The notes under the pieces are model-generated. The model worked only from the letters and a program-made list of their open reading frames with translations, did not search any database and had not been told where the DNA came from. From Convolutriloba macropyga (lineage: Eukaryota), in NCBI RefSeq assembly GCF_964194025.1, contig NC_134476.1:19220001-19284000 (forward strand): DNA of 64,000 nt, written 5' to 3'. This document shows, piece by piece, positions 1 to 12,612 of the stretch (positions are counted from its first letter, which is position 1; the number at the start of each line of letters is the position of its first letter). The position numbers and the translations under genes are program-made.

Positions 1-699
1 GTATGATATTAATATCCCTGGCTATGATGACCAGTATTTATACAAATTTAATTTATGGTAGCCAGCAAATACTGTCAGTATATATCGATAAGTTAACAAT
101 GTTTTTCAAATTCTCAATTTAACTTTTTAAAATTTTTTTTTGATTATTTATTCAAATGTAAATAACTTTAATTGAAGAGCAGAATATGTGGTACAGAAGA
201 TAATTCTGTATCAAATTATTTTTCTTTGACTTCAAAACTTATTCTTACTTTTGTTCACATATATTGTTTTTACCTGTAGTGATCTGTTCTTACAACCCAT
301 TTTTATTCGTATTTCATTCATCTGATTTTAGTCGTGCAATTGAGTTGTTCTCTTAATTCTTTTTCTATTAAGCCGAGTCAATCAAGCACGTAACGATTTT
401 TCATATCATCTAATACCCGATTGCAAATGCAACGAGTTTCCTATAAATATTGAATTAGGGCAAAATCCATTTTGCACTCGTTTTATTGGAATGGCAGCAC
501 AATTTCAATTGTCTTACTATTCAATTTAATAGCTCTACAAATACACAGGCGCTTAATAGATCTAATTTTGGATAAGCTTACAAGCTTAGTTAGAATCTAG
601 ATAGATTTTGTCAAGTTTGTCCAGTTTGCACAATTAGCAATTGTGTTTTGAGTAGCACGTGAAATCTGTTCAACATGCTAATAAAATTGATAAAATTAT

Positions 700-3240
700 C
701 GAAGCATGAGCAAGATGACCGGATTTTACGCGCGACCCAATATACAGCTTTTTAACTAAAATTGATCAACTTCTATCCGGATTGCCCCTGTAAGAAAGCT
801 TGTTTATCCAACAAAAATTCTGTTAAAGTTCTGATAAATATTTGTCCATCGGTTTAAAAATGAAAACAAACGGCCAAAATGATAGTCACTAAAAATGATT
901 TCTGAAAAAAGCCGCTCAACAGGTTACATTGCATTTTGGATTTAATTTTGTCAAAAAATTTATCTGCAAGCTCTGGGATCAATCCTCTTTCTTCTGTTTT
1001 CCACTGTAGGGACGAACAGATTGATCGTTAAAGCCTTTTGCCCTCAATACAATTGCTCTTCATTATGAGTTTTCATTTCAAGGCCAAGGCAAAAATTGAT
1101 TTGCTATTGAATAAAATTAATGCTTCTGCCACTCTAGTTCTTGGCAGCGAACAATCCACGAGACTCTTCGCTGCCAAAGAGAGATCCCAAAACACGGCAA
1201 CTCTACAATATCGTCATTAGGTCCCATAAAAATTCACCAAATATGAATTTGACGTGGTCCTTTACAATCAACTGGCAATTTGGCGCATTCACTTTGGGTT
1301 CAGATTGCTAACTAAGCTTGCATAAATGCTTGAAGGAATTCATTAGGTTCTGCAAAATTTCTACCGCACTGCCATTGTCCGGCAAGGCGGCCACTGCCAT
1401 TTTTGCGTTACATTTGACTTGAGTTTGAGATCAATCAATGGCAGTAGGCCCATAAAACACATATCCATGGCGATGGGATATTTCTTGGCGGTGCCTTTTT
1501 TCGAATGCAAGCCAGTGTCGTCTACGAACATGTCGGAAAGGCTGTCTATGAATTTTGAGGCAACACATTTTAGAAGCAATCTACATGTTTTCAGGAGCTA
1601 ACTTTCGATTGAGGTAATTGATGTATTTTGAGTGTCTATTATGAGCACTGTTATTTTGTTGGCAGCATCAAAAGCAGACTGCGTTGAATATTCCACTGAA
1701 TGAGTCCTAAAGTTATTCGCCGAAGCAGAGGTGGCTATTGCCTTCACGAAGGCAGCGCAAGAGTTCATCAACGCCAAAAATTGAACGCCAGGTTTTTTCT
1801 AATGGCGTGAGGAATAAAGCGTTGTAAACGGCCAAACTTCCAGCAGAAATTTTTCGGCAGTTATCCCGATGACAATTTGGTTGAAGGTTTTTTTTTTAAA
1901 TTGACAGAATTTTCTTTGAAGCCTGTCAAGATTCGTCTCCATTGAGTGTCTAAACTTGACATATTGCGACTGCCATGTGTTCTCTTGGCCGTTTTTTTGG
2001 CTGCCGTTGCGCTTATTCTTCAAATATAGAGGTGTAGTAGGGAATTGCGTTCAGGTCAACAAAAATTTGGATTAGCTTGAAAGGGTTGTAAGGGATTCCA
2101 TCGATTAGTTCAGGTACTGTTTTTCCATTTATTATGATCCCCGAAGTGGGCTCTTCTGTTCGGCACTTAATTGAAATGATTTTTTCCTGTTTCATTAACT
2201 TGTTTAATTTGCTCACGTCATCCTGCTCTCTTTGTATTTTTTAATGGTTTTCAAAATTAACCTCGAAGTGTTGTGCAGCGATGCTACTTGGAAAAGTTAA
2301 GTCTTTGAGAACTATGAAACACAGAAGCCGGAAAAGTTAGACTTTTTACTTGCTTCTCCATGTATAGACCAGTTTCTCACCCGTATCTAGAAATCGGAGG
2401 CTTTGAACACGCTCTTTTCCACTTACAAGCTCTTGGAATCAAACATAAGAGCAGTGACTGCTGCAACTTGATAGAGTTGAACTTTTGTAAATACCTGTAG
2501 CCCACTTGCTGCACTATGTGCTATGAGGATCTAAACCTCCAGATGATTGGGCATCATAGTTTTTACAGAGTATCCCATCAATTTCTTGTCATTGTTAAGC
2601 CAAGACAATGGAAGTTTGCTTTTAGCTCATTCACATTTTCAATATAATTACAGAATATTTTTCTCTGTGCGCTTGCTAGTGAGAAATTCAAAAGCGGAAG
2701 TTTTGTTCAAAACCGGAACAAAAAAACCAGTTCGCTGCACAAATCGTAGGAGAAATCTGGAGATCAATCTCTTTCGTCGGGATCTTGAACATCAGGATCA
2801 TTGAGCCTCTCTTTTTTCTATATTCCATGGTAAGCGCACCCCGGTGTTTCAGCAGAGATCCGGTCAGTTGTAGAAGCCTTGTTGCCCTCGTATAGAATTG
2901 ATTCCCGGCCTTCAAATTCCTTTATTTTGATTATGTTTTGAAGGTTTTAATGCAAAAATGGGTTTGCCATTGAATGACCTTAAAATGGTACTCGGTTTTC
3001 GCGACCAAAAGCCGAGTCTTCATATCTATTTAATCATAATCTTGTTATTTGGTCATTTCCTTCTAATTTGTGATTGATTTCAAAACTGACCTCTTAGCTT
3101 CCTGCATTCATGCTTTTGAAAAATCCTAATTCCTTAAGTACATCTAAGCACAAAGGCTACAGTTTATAATTGCTTCATCATAATCTGAGCAAATTTTATT
3201 CGATCTCATTAACCACTGATTGAAAAACCTGACTCTCTTG
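700..3240 (-). pseudogene. Decayed intronless coding relic of unknown origin (possibly endogenous viral)
   Basis: Chain of same-strand ORF fragments (2688-2915, 2013-2216, 1799-2023, 1361-1579) and long stretches with few stops; GC higher than the flanks; no recognisable TE motifs. Confidence 0.4.
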
Positions 3241-6200
3241 AACTAGCTCGTACACACACGTACCGGCGCTCGGAAGCAAACACTGAGATGGATTTTTGTT
3301 AAAAAAAACTTAAGCTCTCTCGCTGTGCCATCTCTGGTGAGGAACCAAACCTCAGAATTAGATTTTTGCTGTGACAGTTTGAATCCAACCACGGCGGAGA
3401 CTATTGACGGTCGAGTTAAGCATATTTAATTTTTCAACAAAATAAAAAAATTTATCTTCGGTCCTTGTAATACCAATTAGAAAATGAATACCGGCATTTT
3501 TTGTATCCCAAAAACCGTTCAGTACAATTTGGGCATGGAGTCTTCGGAAATCGGCTACGGGGCTCTTGTCCCAAGTCCCTCTTTTAGGATCTATGCAACT
3601 CCAAGGATGTGATGATGCAAAGCTGTGATACTTTTCAGGATACTTTTGGATTTTGAACTGAATGATGTTCGATAAAAAACAGCTAACTGATAATTTGACA
3701 TCTATAACTGAAAAAAAATGATATTTTGAATTATGTTCTTACACATGTCTCCTTCCTCCAAATTGTCAGAAAAAAATAGTTTTTGATTTAATAGGCAATT
3801 TTTCAAACAGTTAAGGGAAAAGTTAAACCATTAAGCAGTAAATTTTGGCCTTAGCTCTAAGCCATCCTTGGATATTGGTACAAAAATATCCCAACTAATA
3901 ATGAAGAAATTTTACAAAATCTATGAGTGGTCAACCCGTTTGTTGATTTTGTTAATTTAGCCCAAACTATCCAAATGAACAGAAAAGATGGAGGAAAGAC
4001 CTCTAATTTTGGCTTAAACCAGATAATGTAATTCAGTCTCAACATCCTTTAATGTGAATTTTATATTGCTGATGCCACAAGCATGAACACTACATATTAT
4101 ATTAATTGTGTTGAAACAATAAACCGATAAGGCTGGACGTGTTTGTAATGTTGAAGCACACAAACTCCCTCAGAAGTTTATTGATAACTCGCAGAACAAA
4201 CGTACTCATTTTCAAAATGATAGCGACTCCAATTATCATCCAGTAGTTAAAATCATAAACAAAGATCACTCTTGAGCTCTAAAGATTTTCTAGAAGGCTA
4301 GAAAATTTTCAGACACCGTCCATCGCCACGCGCTATGGGAATGAAGGAATTGTATTAAAAAAACAACGTCAAAAATCGGAAATTTATTGGTTTTGATTAT
4401 TTGGAAAAATGCTGGGACACGGTTGGATTAAGACGTCAAGAAAACCTTAAATTTCATCTCGCTTTTTACCACAATAGAGCAAACTCCAATTTTGAATTTG
4501 TCAGTTTCATCTAGATGGAAATGTAATAGTAATTATTATCATTATTATTACATTTCCATCTGCTTGAACGATGTTCAATTTGCTCGTAATTAGAAAACTT
4601 CTCCTTAGGTTCTTTGTTCAGCCATGCTCCAGTAAAATTGTGCTTCATATCAAAACCTGAACCCCTTTTTTTGAGACGCTTCCTATATAACGAAAAAGGT
4701 GTTGAATGTTAGCTTTGGTCATTTGTTGCCTGCACTTGGTGTTACATTTTTTTTTCGTTTTTGAGAGTCGTTGCACATCTATTTGAGCAGATAGGCTTCT
4801 TAACAGAAGGAAACCTAACCTATTTCCAAATAACGTTCTCTTGCAGTACTTTAATTTGATTTTATCAGCTTTCTCGTCTGCTTGCAGTTCATGCGATGCC
4901 CATATTGATTCATATCAACTTTCCGCATTTTTGTTTGAGGCGGGTAAGACTTTTATGTCCTTAGTTCCAGATACAATTTTCAACAATATTATCTGAACTT
5001 TGCTGCAATGTATATTGCAACGGACAATTTCCCACAATAGCAGGCGGCTATTGTAGCTCACCTTATACCAAGTAAGTTTGATCAACTTTTGTTAAATATC
5101 GAGGCATATAAAATACGAACGCGAATATATGGGAATGTAATTCATCCGTAGATGTCTTTAGAAAGCATTCAGCGCATGGTTGGAGACAGTTACAAAAATT
5201 TTTTTGTTTCCTCTGGGCTAAGTAAACCTCCCTTAGAATGGAACCAAACAACGGCGTCTCTTGACATATAATGATCTTCAATTGACGACTCTCTGATTAT
5301 TTTGAACAATTAGTAATTACACGTTCTAGCAAAATGTTTTTATCGACTTCCGAGCGATCGCCTATCCAAAGGGGGGCATTAAATTTTATCGACTTCTCGC
5401 GTTCTTTAATACGACCTAAGCCCGAAAAAGTGTCCATGTTTTCATGACAGGTTCAGAGACAATTTTATCCTGGAAAGGGTTAATATTTCTGGCATCACGA
5501 ACGCATCAACAGTAGAGATGTAGGAAACAATAGAGCGTTGCAACTTTGTGATGACCAGAGCTTTCGCACGAGACATACCAGACGGAGACCTTTCGCAATC
5601 TTCATGGGCCTCTTCAATTGTCAAAACTGACATCACGTATGCATACTACAAAATCAAACTTCTACAAGTAAGGAAGGCAGTAGTTCAGATTTATCCTGCC
5701 TCTAAGGTGCATGCGGCCGCTTCTCAATAATTGAGTTCACTTCATGTAAAAAGCCATCACTTAGCTGCCCATTTGAAGTTTCTTTGTTCACTAAGAGCTC
5801 GATTAATCATGAACATGCATTTCTGCTACACGCACGCAAAATTGCAGCCACACTGATGTGATCATCACATGTAATCAACATTTGCATGCTGTGCTAATTC
5901 GCCCCATTTTACCGCTTTATTTTGCCATATAAGGTAAGACAGGCTAGCTATTCAAATTCAATTCTAAAGCTAGAGGCTATATGCAGTGCGTGTGTAGTAA
6001 GCATTTAGTCACCAGTTATCACGGTTAGTAAGAGTAACGGTTCTTTCAATTTTGCAGACTAAACTTAATTTGGCACGCCGCACGCCGATATCAATCATAT
6101 CATATTGATTAGCAAATTGATAAAAAGCTTTTAGAAACTATCGAGCTTATAAGATCACTATATTTGGTAAGCCATGGCTTGCAAATCAACCTTTTCTTTG

Positions 6201-6578
6201 CAAAAAATTGTATAAGACGGACAATTAAATTACTTCGTTTTTATTGGACATAGCATCGCAGTGAATCGATGACACAGAATGTTACATGATTATCTCTTAC
6301 ATACAGATTTAAGACACGTTCTCTTCTCAAACATCGCTACCCACATATTTCGATAGTCGGGCAATGATGAAAAGGAGGACAGTATAGATTAGCGGAATGG
6401 CACATATTAGCTTATGGTTGATTAAGTTGCGATTGAACTCAGTGGATAGACTGCAGCACTTTTATAAAGCCATGCACAGACATTCAGCAAGACTAGAAAC
6501 ATTACATAATACCTCAATGAAATAAAGGTAATCGGTAATCAATGAAAATCTACGGATTAAGCTGGCCGTTAGAAAATA

Positions 6579-7019
6579 CGGATCTTTTCAACAATTGCCC
6601 CCCCCCCTTTTGCAAAAGGGGGGGGGGGGCTATTCTTGAATAGAATTTAAGCGAGCTATTTATTAACCAATCAGAGACGACTAATAACTTTCCACGCATG
6701 CACATACTATTAAATTGAATAGAATAAAATACACCGTGGTATAGCAATTAGCCGAACCCGAATACAAAGCGAAAAGAATTTCCGACTGGCGGGTCGGTGG
6801 GCGCTTCGCGCGCGATAACCGACCCGCGATTTCCGGATTACATCCCACAGCGCATGAGAGGCATGGCCATGAACAGCGGTCCGCAATTGCGCTTAAACTA
6901 ATATTCGGCTATCTAAAGTGTAGGCCAAGTAATATTGTGGTAAAGTATAGCACCAAAGGGGAGGCGATTCTCTACTAGGTACCAAGGGGGGGGGGGGGGG
7001 CAATTGTTGAAAAGATCCG
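6579..7019. mobile_element. MITE, 441 bp, TIR cggatcttttcaacaattg(C)n, 6-bp TSD aaaata
   Basis: The left end at 6579 and right end at 7019 are perfect inverted repeats extending into poly-C/poly-G. aaaata occurs at 6573-6578 and 7020-7025. Confidence 0.88.
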
Positions 7020-8341
7020 AAAATACCAATGCAAGAATCGCTGGAATGTCTGTACATAGAAACTAGCACAAAGACAAGATAGAAAAGAATTGTTGGTTGT
7101 TTTTAGGCCATGAAACCTCTTTTTTAATAGCCTCTTTCAATTAAAATCTTAATATATTGTGGGCCAAAAATGATATATTTTTTTCGAATTTTGACGATGA
7201 CTTTAGGGATGGATTTTGAAGAGGTTTTAGAGCATGGCTTTTGATTTTAACGCATTCGATGACTAAATATAGATAGACAATAATCGGCAAAATAGGGAGA
7301 CATTTCACACAACAATAAATATACCTTTTCATGGGCAGTGATTAAACCATTCACTCGAGCATCAAAATAATTTACCGTCAACATTTCACCAACTTTCTCT
7401 TTAATTCATCACAGGCGTTGGTTAACAAAGCAAACAAAGATTTATGCTCATTGTTTATATTCAAGCCCATGTCTCAAACAAAGTTTTAATTTCACATTCA
7501 TTTGACTTCAGAAATGAATTTCTTCTAGCCATGTTTGACTTCATCGACCTATTAACATAAGCCATAGTGTGTGAAAATACCTTAATGTTGACTGGATGCA
7601 AACATCCAATAATCGATCTTTTGTTCAAACTTTATCTTGATTCATGTACATATAAAACACGTTAGCTTATTTAAATAAGTTTGACACAGAAATAAATAGC
7701 AGGACCTTGATCTCTAAACTGCACTGGCGCCCTTAGTCGCCACTGTGTTTGAAATTTGCAACTCTAAGACCCATTTAGCTAGCAAGTTGTTCAATAAATT
7801 AGGCCAATAAATTAAATGTGAATGTTAGCAGCGCATGTAGTAAATGGTTAAGCAGCTTAAATTACTGGAGTCGAATAGTTCCAACTTGGCTAGACAGTTT
7901 AAATAAATCTAATGTTAGATAGCTCGAATGAATCCTGTTGGTAAAACCGGATATCAACTTTCGGAAACTCGGAATTGTTTTATTTAATGCAACTGTTTCC
8001 TAACACCCCATATAAGGAGGCAAACTAACTTCGCAGTCAACGTTACAGTCGAAGTTCAGTCTCTCATGAACTTAATTTCTAGTATTTCAGGCGTTCCACA
8101 TTTTGTTTCAAGGGTTTCGCCAAGTGGGGGGTTTGAAGGTGTTTAGGAAACAGGTTCGGATCAAATTTGGTTCAGAATTACAACTACAGGAAGCATTATT
8201 GGATAAATTAACGGTAGAAAAACAAAATTATCAAAAATAGTTCAGTTCAGGCAATTGTGGGAAAGAAGACGAGTTGTTCTCATCCATCCTCAGAATGGTC
8301 ACTTTCTGAGAGGCGAGAGAGAATTCCTTTGCGTTTGCTTC

Positions 8342-9268
8342 TTAGTTGCCCTCCTTTTCCGCTTTGATATCTGAAACATAGCAACTTGTTATATACAAAA
8401 ATCTCCGGATTCCCTAAAAGCAAAATCTGCACAAAAAAACACTTGAAATCCGACGGTACATAAATAGTAGCACTACATAACGACTCGGAAGTGTATTTTA
8501 CTACAGGTTACATAATATCAGTATTACAAAATCAATTCTGTTGAATTTATCATGTCAAACAAAAGACACGTCATTTTACTAAATTTTGATAATGAAGTAA
8601 GTAAATAAACTAGCCTGAAAAACATTACAGCTTTCAGAAAACCCAATAGCATAATTGTTGAAAAAACCGTTAACTGTAACGTTTCGACACCAGATCACTA
8701 TTGATAACAACTATTTAAAGAGTTCTTGGCGTTAAATTTAGAACATGGAAGAGAGCGGATATGATTATTCCATAAGCTCTACTAAAAACAAAACTGCTAA
8801 CCTTCAGCGGTGGGTTTGAACTCTTTGACTGTAGTCTCGGTCTTCTTCAAATCAGCGCCCTTTGCGATCTCTTTCTGCATCTTAGCCATCTGCAGAGCTG
8901 GAGAGTCCTTCTCTGCCTTCTCCACTTTCTTCAGCTTGTCGGCGGAGAAGTTCTCAACCTGCACATAAATATACCCTCATAGCATGATTGGTACTAATTA
9001 CAAACCGTGTTAAGATCCGCTGCGAGATGCTAGAAACATTTAGAGTCCACTAGGAAATACTGAAATAGGAGCGGGATCGATAAAATTTTGACCCTTGTAG
9101 ATTCACTTTCTCACCCATCACTTGATTTCGATGCCCCGAAACTTTGCTCATAACAATTTCAAAACTAGGTCGTAGAACCTAAAAAGACTTACGTTGAAAA
9201 TTCTGATGATTATATAAACGTACCTCGCTCATCATTTCCTTGGGTACGGCTCCAGATTCAGCAGACAT
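8342..9268 (-). CDS. Two-repeat beta-thymosin/WH2 actin-binding protein, 76 aa, 3 exons (9224-9268, 8802-8958, 8342-8370)
   Basis: Manual splicing with GT-AG sites gives the frame-consistent protein MSAESGAVPKEMMSEVENFSADKLKKVEKAEKDSPALQMAKMQKEIAKGADLKKTETTVKEFKPTAEDIKAEKEGN*. It has two LKK[V/T]E motifs, each preceded by the amphipathic EV/EI helix of beta-thymosin/WH2 domains. Missed by the ORF track because the exons are short. Confidence 0.9.
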
Positions 9269-10799
9269 TTTTGAATGGTTTTGTTTCAAACTGTTTTCTG
9301 TAACTTAATGCTGTTAAAGTTGCAAAATGCAATGTTTGGTTAATAGAAGCAGGTCCTTTCTGAAAAAGAATTGAAAGATTTACCAACTGTAATCTGTTCT
9401 TTTAATAACAAGACTGAATCAAAAATAACTCTCAATCGAAACAAAATTATTTTCAAGTAATGAGATTTAAAAAGCTATGACTAATTTTAGACCAGGCGCG
9501 TAATCAAAAGAACTTTGTGCAACAGACGTGCCACCAAGTGACTGGATTAATCTATTTAAAGTTCCAGTAATCTAAGCTGTAAAATTCAAAACTCAAATAA
9601 GTTTCCTAACTATGACGCAATGAATTGAGTAGCCCATTGAACGTAGGATCCTTCCTACATATTGGATTTAACCCGACCAATGAAAATTTCGCACAAAGAA
9701 AGTGCTATACTCGCAAGCCCGAAGTCAACGAAACATTTTTACAATCCTTTTATGGAAAGTACTGTAATTTGCTCGTGCTCATTTCCTTTCCCGTAGACGA
9801 GCATGTAGTATACCTATCGTAGAGTAATCTCAACAATGTGGAAACTTGTCCCATTCCACCCTAGCAACAACGCATTTTCATTAAAGAAAAGACCCAGGCT
9901 TCCAGTAAAGTTGGTCAGCTAATCTTGACCGAACACGGCCTTCAAAATGGATTTTTGCACGCATATTGTACAAATGTTGTTTAATTTTATGGAAAGTCTC
10001 CACATACCCAAGTCAATTGATCAAATTTAACGGCTCTTGGATTGTTTCGAGCAATTGCTTCTGAAACAAGTAAATTCAATTTGTCTTTAAAATTTTTTTA
10101 AATAAATTCCCAACAGAAATACTATATTATCATTGGCCAACTATATAACTACTATCATTCGTAAGAACTCATTTTACTTTACGGCAATATCTTTTCAAAG
10201 AATTCCTAAAACTGACAACAGCATTAAAATGCCACTATCTAGCTTTACAAAAGCAAGATTTCAAATGAAAATTAGAGTTATCAACTTGTTTCTGAAGAGC
10301 ATCTGCGGATCTCTTGTTTGGCCGCCTGCGTGTTTTCCATGAAGAAGTAGACCGTCAATTTAAGCAGTGTAAAGAGTACAAAAACATTTAAAAAATGAAT
10401 CAAAATAAAATCGGATCGAAACGCTCAACTTCCACAGTGATTTTTATAACTATTAAATCAGTCAAAAATCACGCCGCGAAAAACATTCGGAAATTTTGCA
10501 CTATCGAGATTTGACCTTAGTAGTGCTTCATGAACATTTTTCTGATGATCCCTATGCTAAAATTGAAATCTGAGTTGATTTGGTAGAAAAATCCAATTCT
10601 TTGATGTGGCGAAAAGAGTTGTCTACAAAGGAACTTGATCTCTTGTCATGCAAAATTATTTTCCGAGTACGTTCGTTGTTCAAAAACTTGCATCTGGTGT
10701 AGTATTGAACGCTTTTTTCTTTCCGGATGCAGTTTCTAAGGAACAAAAATGAGAATTGATCAAAACTGCGTTTAATACAATCCTTTTTTTACCAATCGT

Positions 10800-12061
10800 T
10801 AACTTGGAATGGGAGAGGAAACTTTAATACGTCTCCGTTGCGATACGCACTCATTGCTAGTATATTGGATATCGAGACACAAGCAGTAATTCCGTGAAAC
10901 GGTTGACCCACACAGCGCATTAACGATTGCCATCAATATGGATATGAGCACAGGCTGTACGAAGTAGGTGGTGAAATTATTTGTGTTCCAATTCTGAGAT
11001 TTCTACGATCTTTTCCACCTTTACTAGAAGCAACGACTAAGGAATCATCAGCATAATGTAACATCATAACATCACAGTTAATAGCTGTACTTATATATGA
11101 AATTAGAGATGACAATAAAAATTGCGTAAAACTAACTAAGCGGGAATTCAGCCTTTCGTTTGCCGCAAATAACTCGTTGGCACAAAATTATCCATTCTAA
11201 ATGCTTTTGTTACCTTTTCACTTTTTCAGCACTGTTGTTCGCTTTTTTAAACACTCCTGAGATCCTGTGACCATTGAAACCGATGAAAAATTGGATATAA
11301 GACGAAAATTGTTACGAGTTTAACTCAAACTATGGTACCTTAAAAATAGAACCCTAAAAATTTTTCAAAAAAATCCTCATATTTTGTCTTTTTTTTCAAA
11401 CAACCTTTTCACTAGTAACAGTTCTTAGCAGAAAATAATTGTCATTCTGTTAAAATTGAAGCGACTCCAATTATTTACATTAAACAATACAGTAAACTGA
11501 TACAAAGATTTGTCATAAATTTATTCACAAAACAGTGAAAAGCCTTTTGTACGCCGCAACTGAATCTTTCAAGTCAAAATCTGCAACCACAAAATCATCC
11601 ATTCTATGTGCTATTGTTACCTTTTCAGTTCTTTAGCTCTGTTGTTTACAACTTTTTAGAGAGCCCTGAGATCATGTAACTATCGAAACCTCTGGCTTAC
11701 ATATTTGGTCTAATTGCCTTACCTCTATTTAGTTGGTAATTGAAACCTCAAACACTGATGATTCTGCACTGGCGTCGTTTCTGAGAGATAAGAATCGTCT
11801 ATGGGCATCATCTGTACTTGTATTGTGTGTTCAACAATTTTTTTATTGATGTAGCATCTTTGAAAAGATCTATGTAAGTTGGTAGATGTCGCTGTAAATC
11901 AACTTGGTATAAATGTTTGAGCATAAATTGGATTTATATTGAAAACTGTTTTAATTTCACCTAAAATGATGTTACTTTAAAAAGTAGAAAAATAACAATG
12001 TTCAAAAATTCCTTATAGTTTGTCGAATTTTAAAACATTCTTTTGTACTAGCGACAGTTCC
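10800..12061 (+). repeat. Copy of the gag-containing repeat, target of the large Gypsy insertion (continues at 21271-22050)
   Basis: 10800-12061 plus 21271-22000 is colinear with ~25020-27800. Confidence 0.8.
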
Positions 12062-12502
12062 TATGGTAGCCGCCCTTGCGCAATATTCTTTATCTTTGGC
12101 TAACTGAGCGTGGTTCTTGGTTAAACTGCAAAATTAGAAGTTAAAATGTTAAAGAGATTAAGGTGAAGAAAAGTTGGTTTAAATAAATTAAGATTTAATA
12201 GAGTGGTTGACTCTGATGGTAAGCTTGGTGTTCAATGAATAAATTTAATCCTCGCTTTGGTCAGTAGCCAATGTCGGTTCTATCATCGTGGTAAATTAAC
12301 CAAGTCAACAAAGATATGTCAGTTTCATTGATTGCACTACAAGCCCGAGCTTTGTCAAATCACAGGTCTATTTTCTTTTCTGACATCTATCAACTTTGTG
12401 TCAGCCATAAATCAGGTAATAAATTAAGATCTTAAAAAAATCTTCAACCTTGAATCCCAAGGTCTTTATTACACTTTTTTTTATATACGTGTGACACTCA
12501 CA
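12062..12502 (-). repeat. 3' LTR of the Gypsy element
   Basis: Diverged direct repeat of 20832-21270, preceded on the minus strand by the PPT AAAAGTGGGGCAA (~12503-12515). Confidence 0.93.
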
Positions 12503-12612
12503 TTGCCCCACTTTTAACAAGAATAGAGTGCACCACTCACTCAAAATCAAACAATATTTTCATTCACAGATCTTGTTATATGAACGTCTTACTATACAAA
12601 AAGTTTGTAGAT

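Noticed and set aside
3250-3262. acacacac as a possible bunyavirus genome terminus next to the putative viral relic
   Set aside because: Not the ACACAAAG consensus, and in the wrong orientation relative to the minus-strand ORF.
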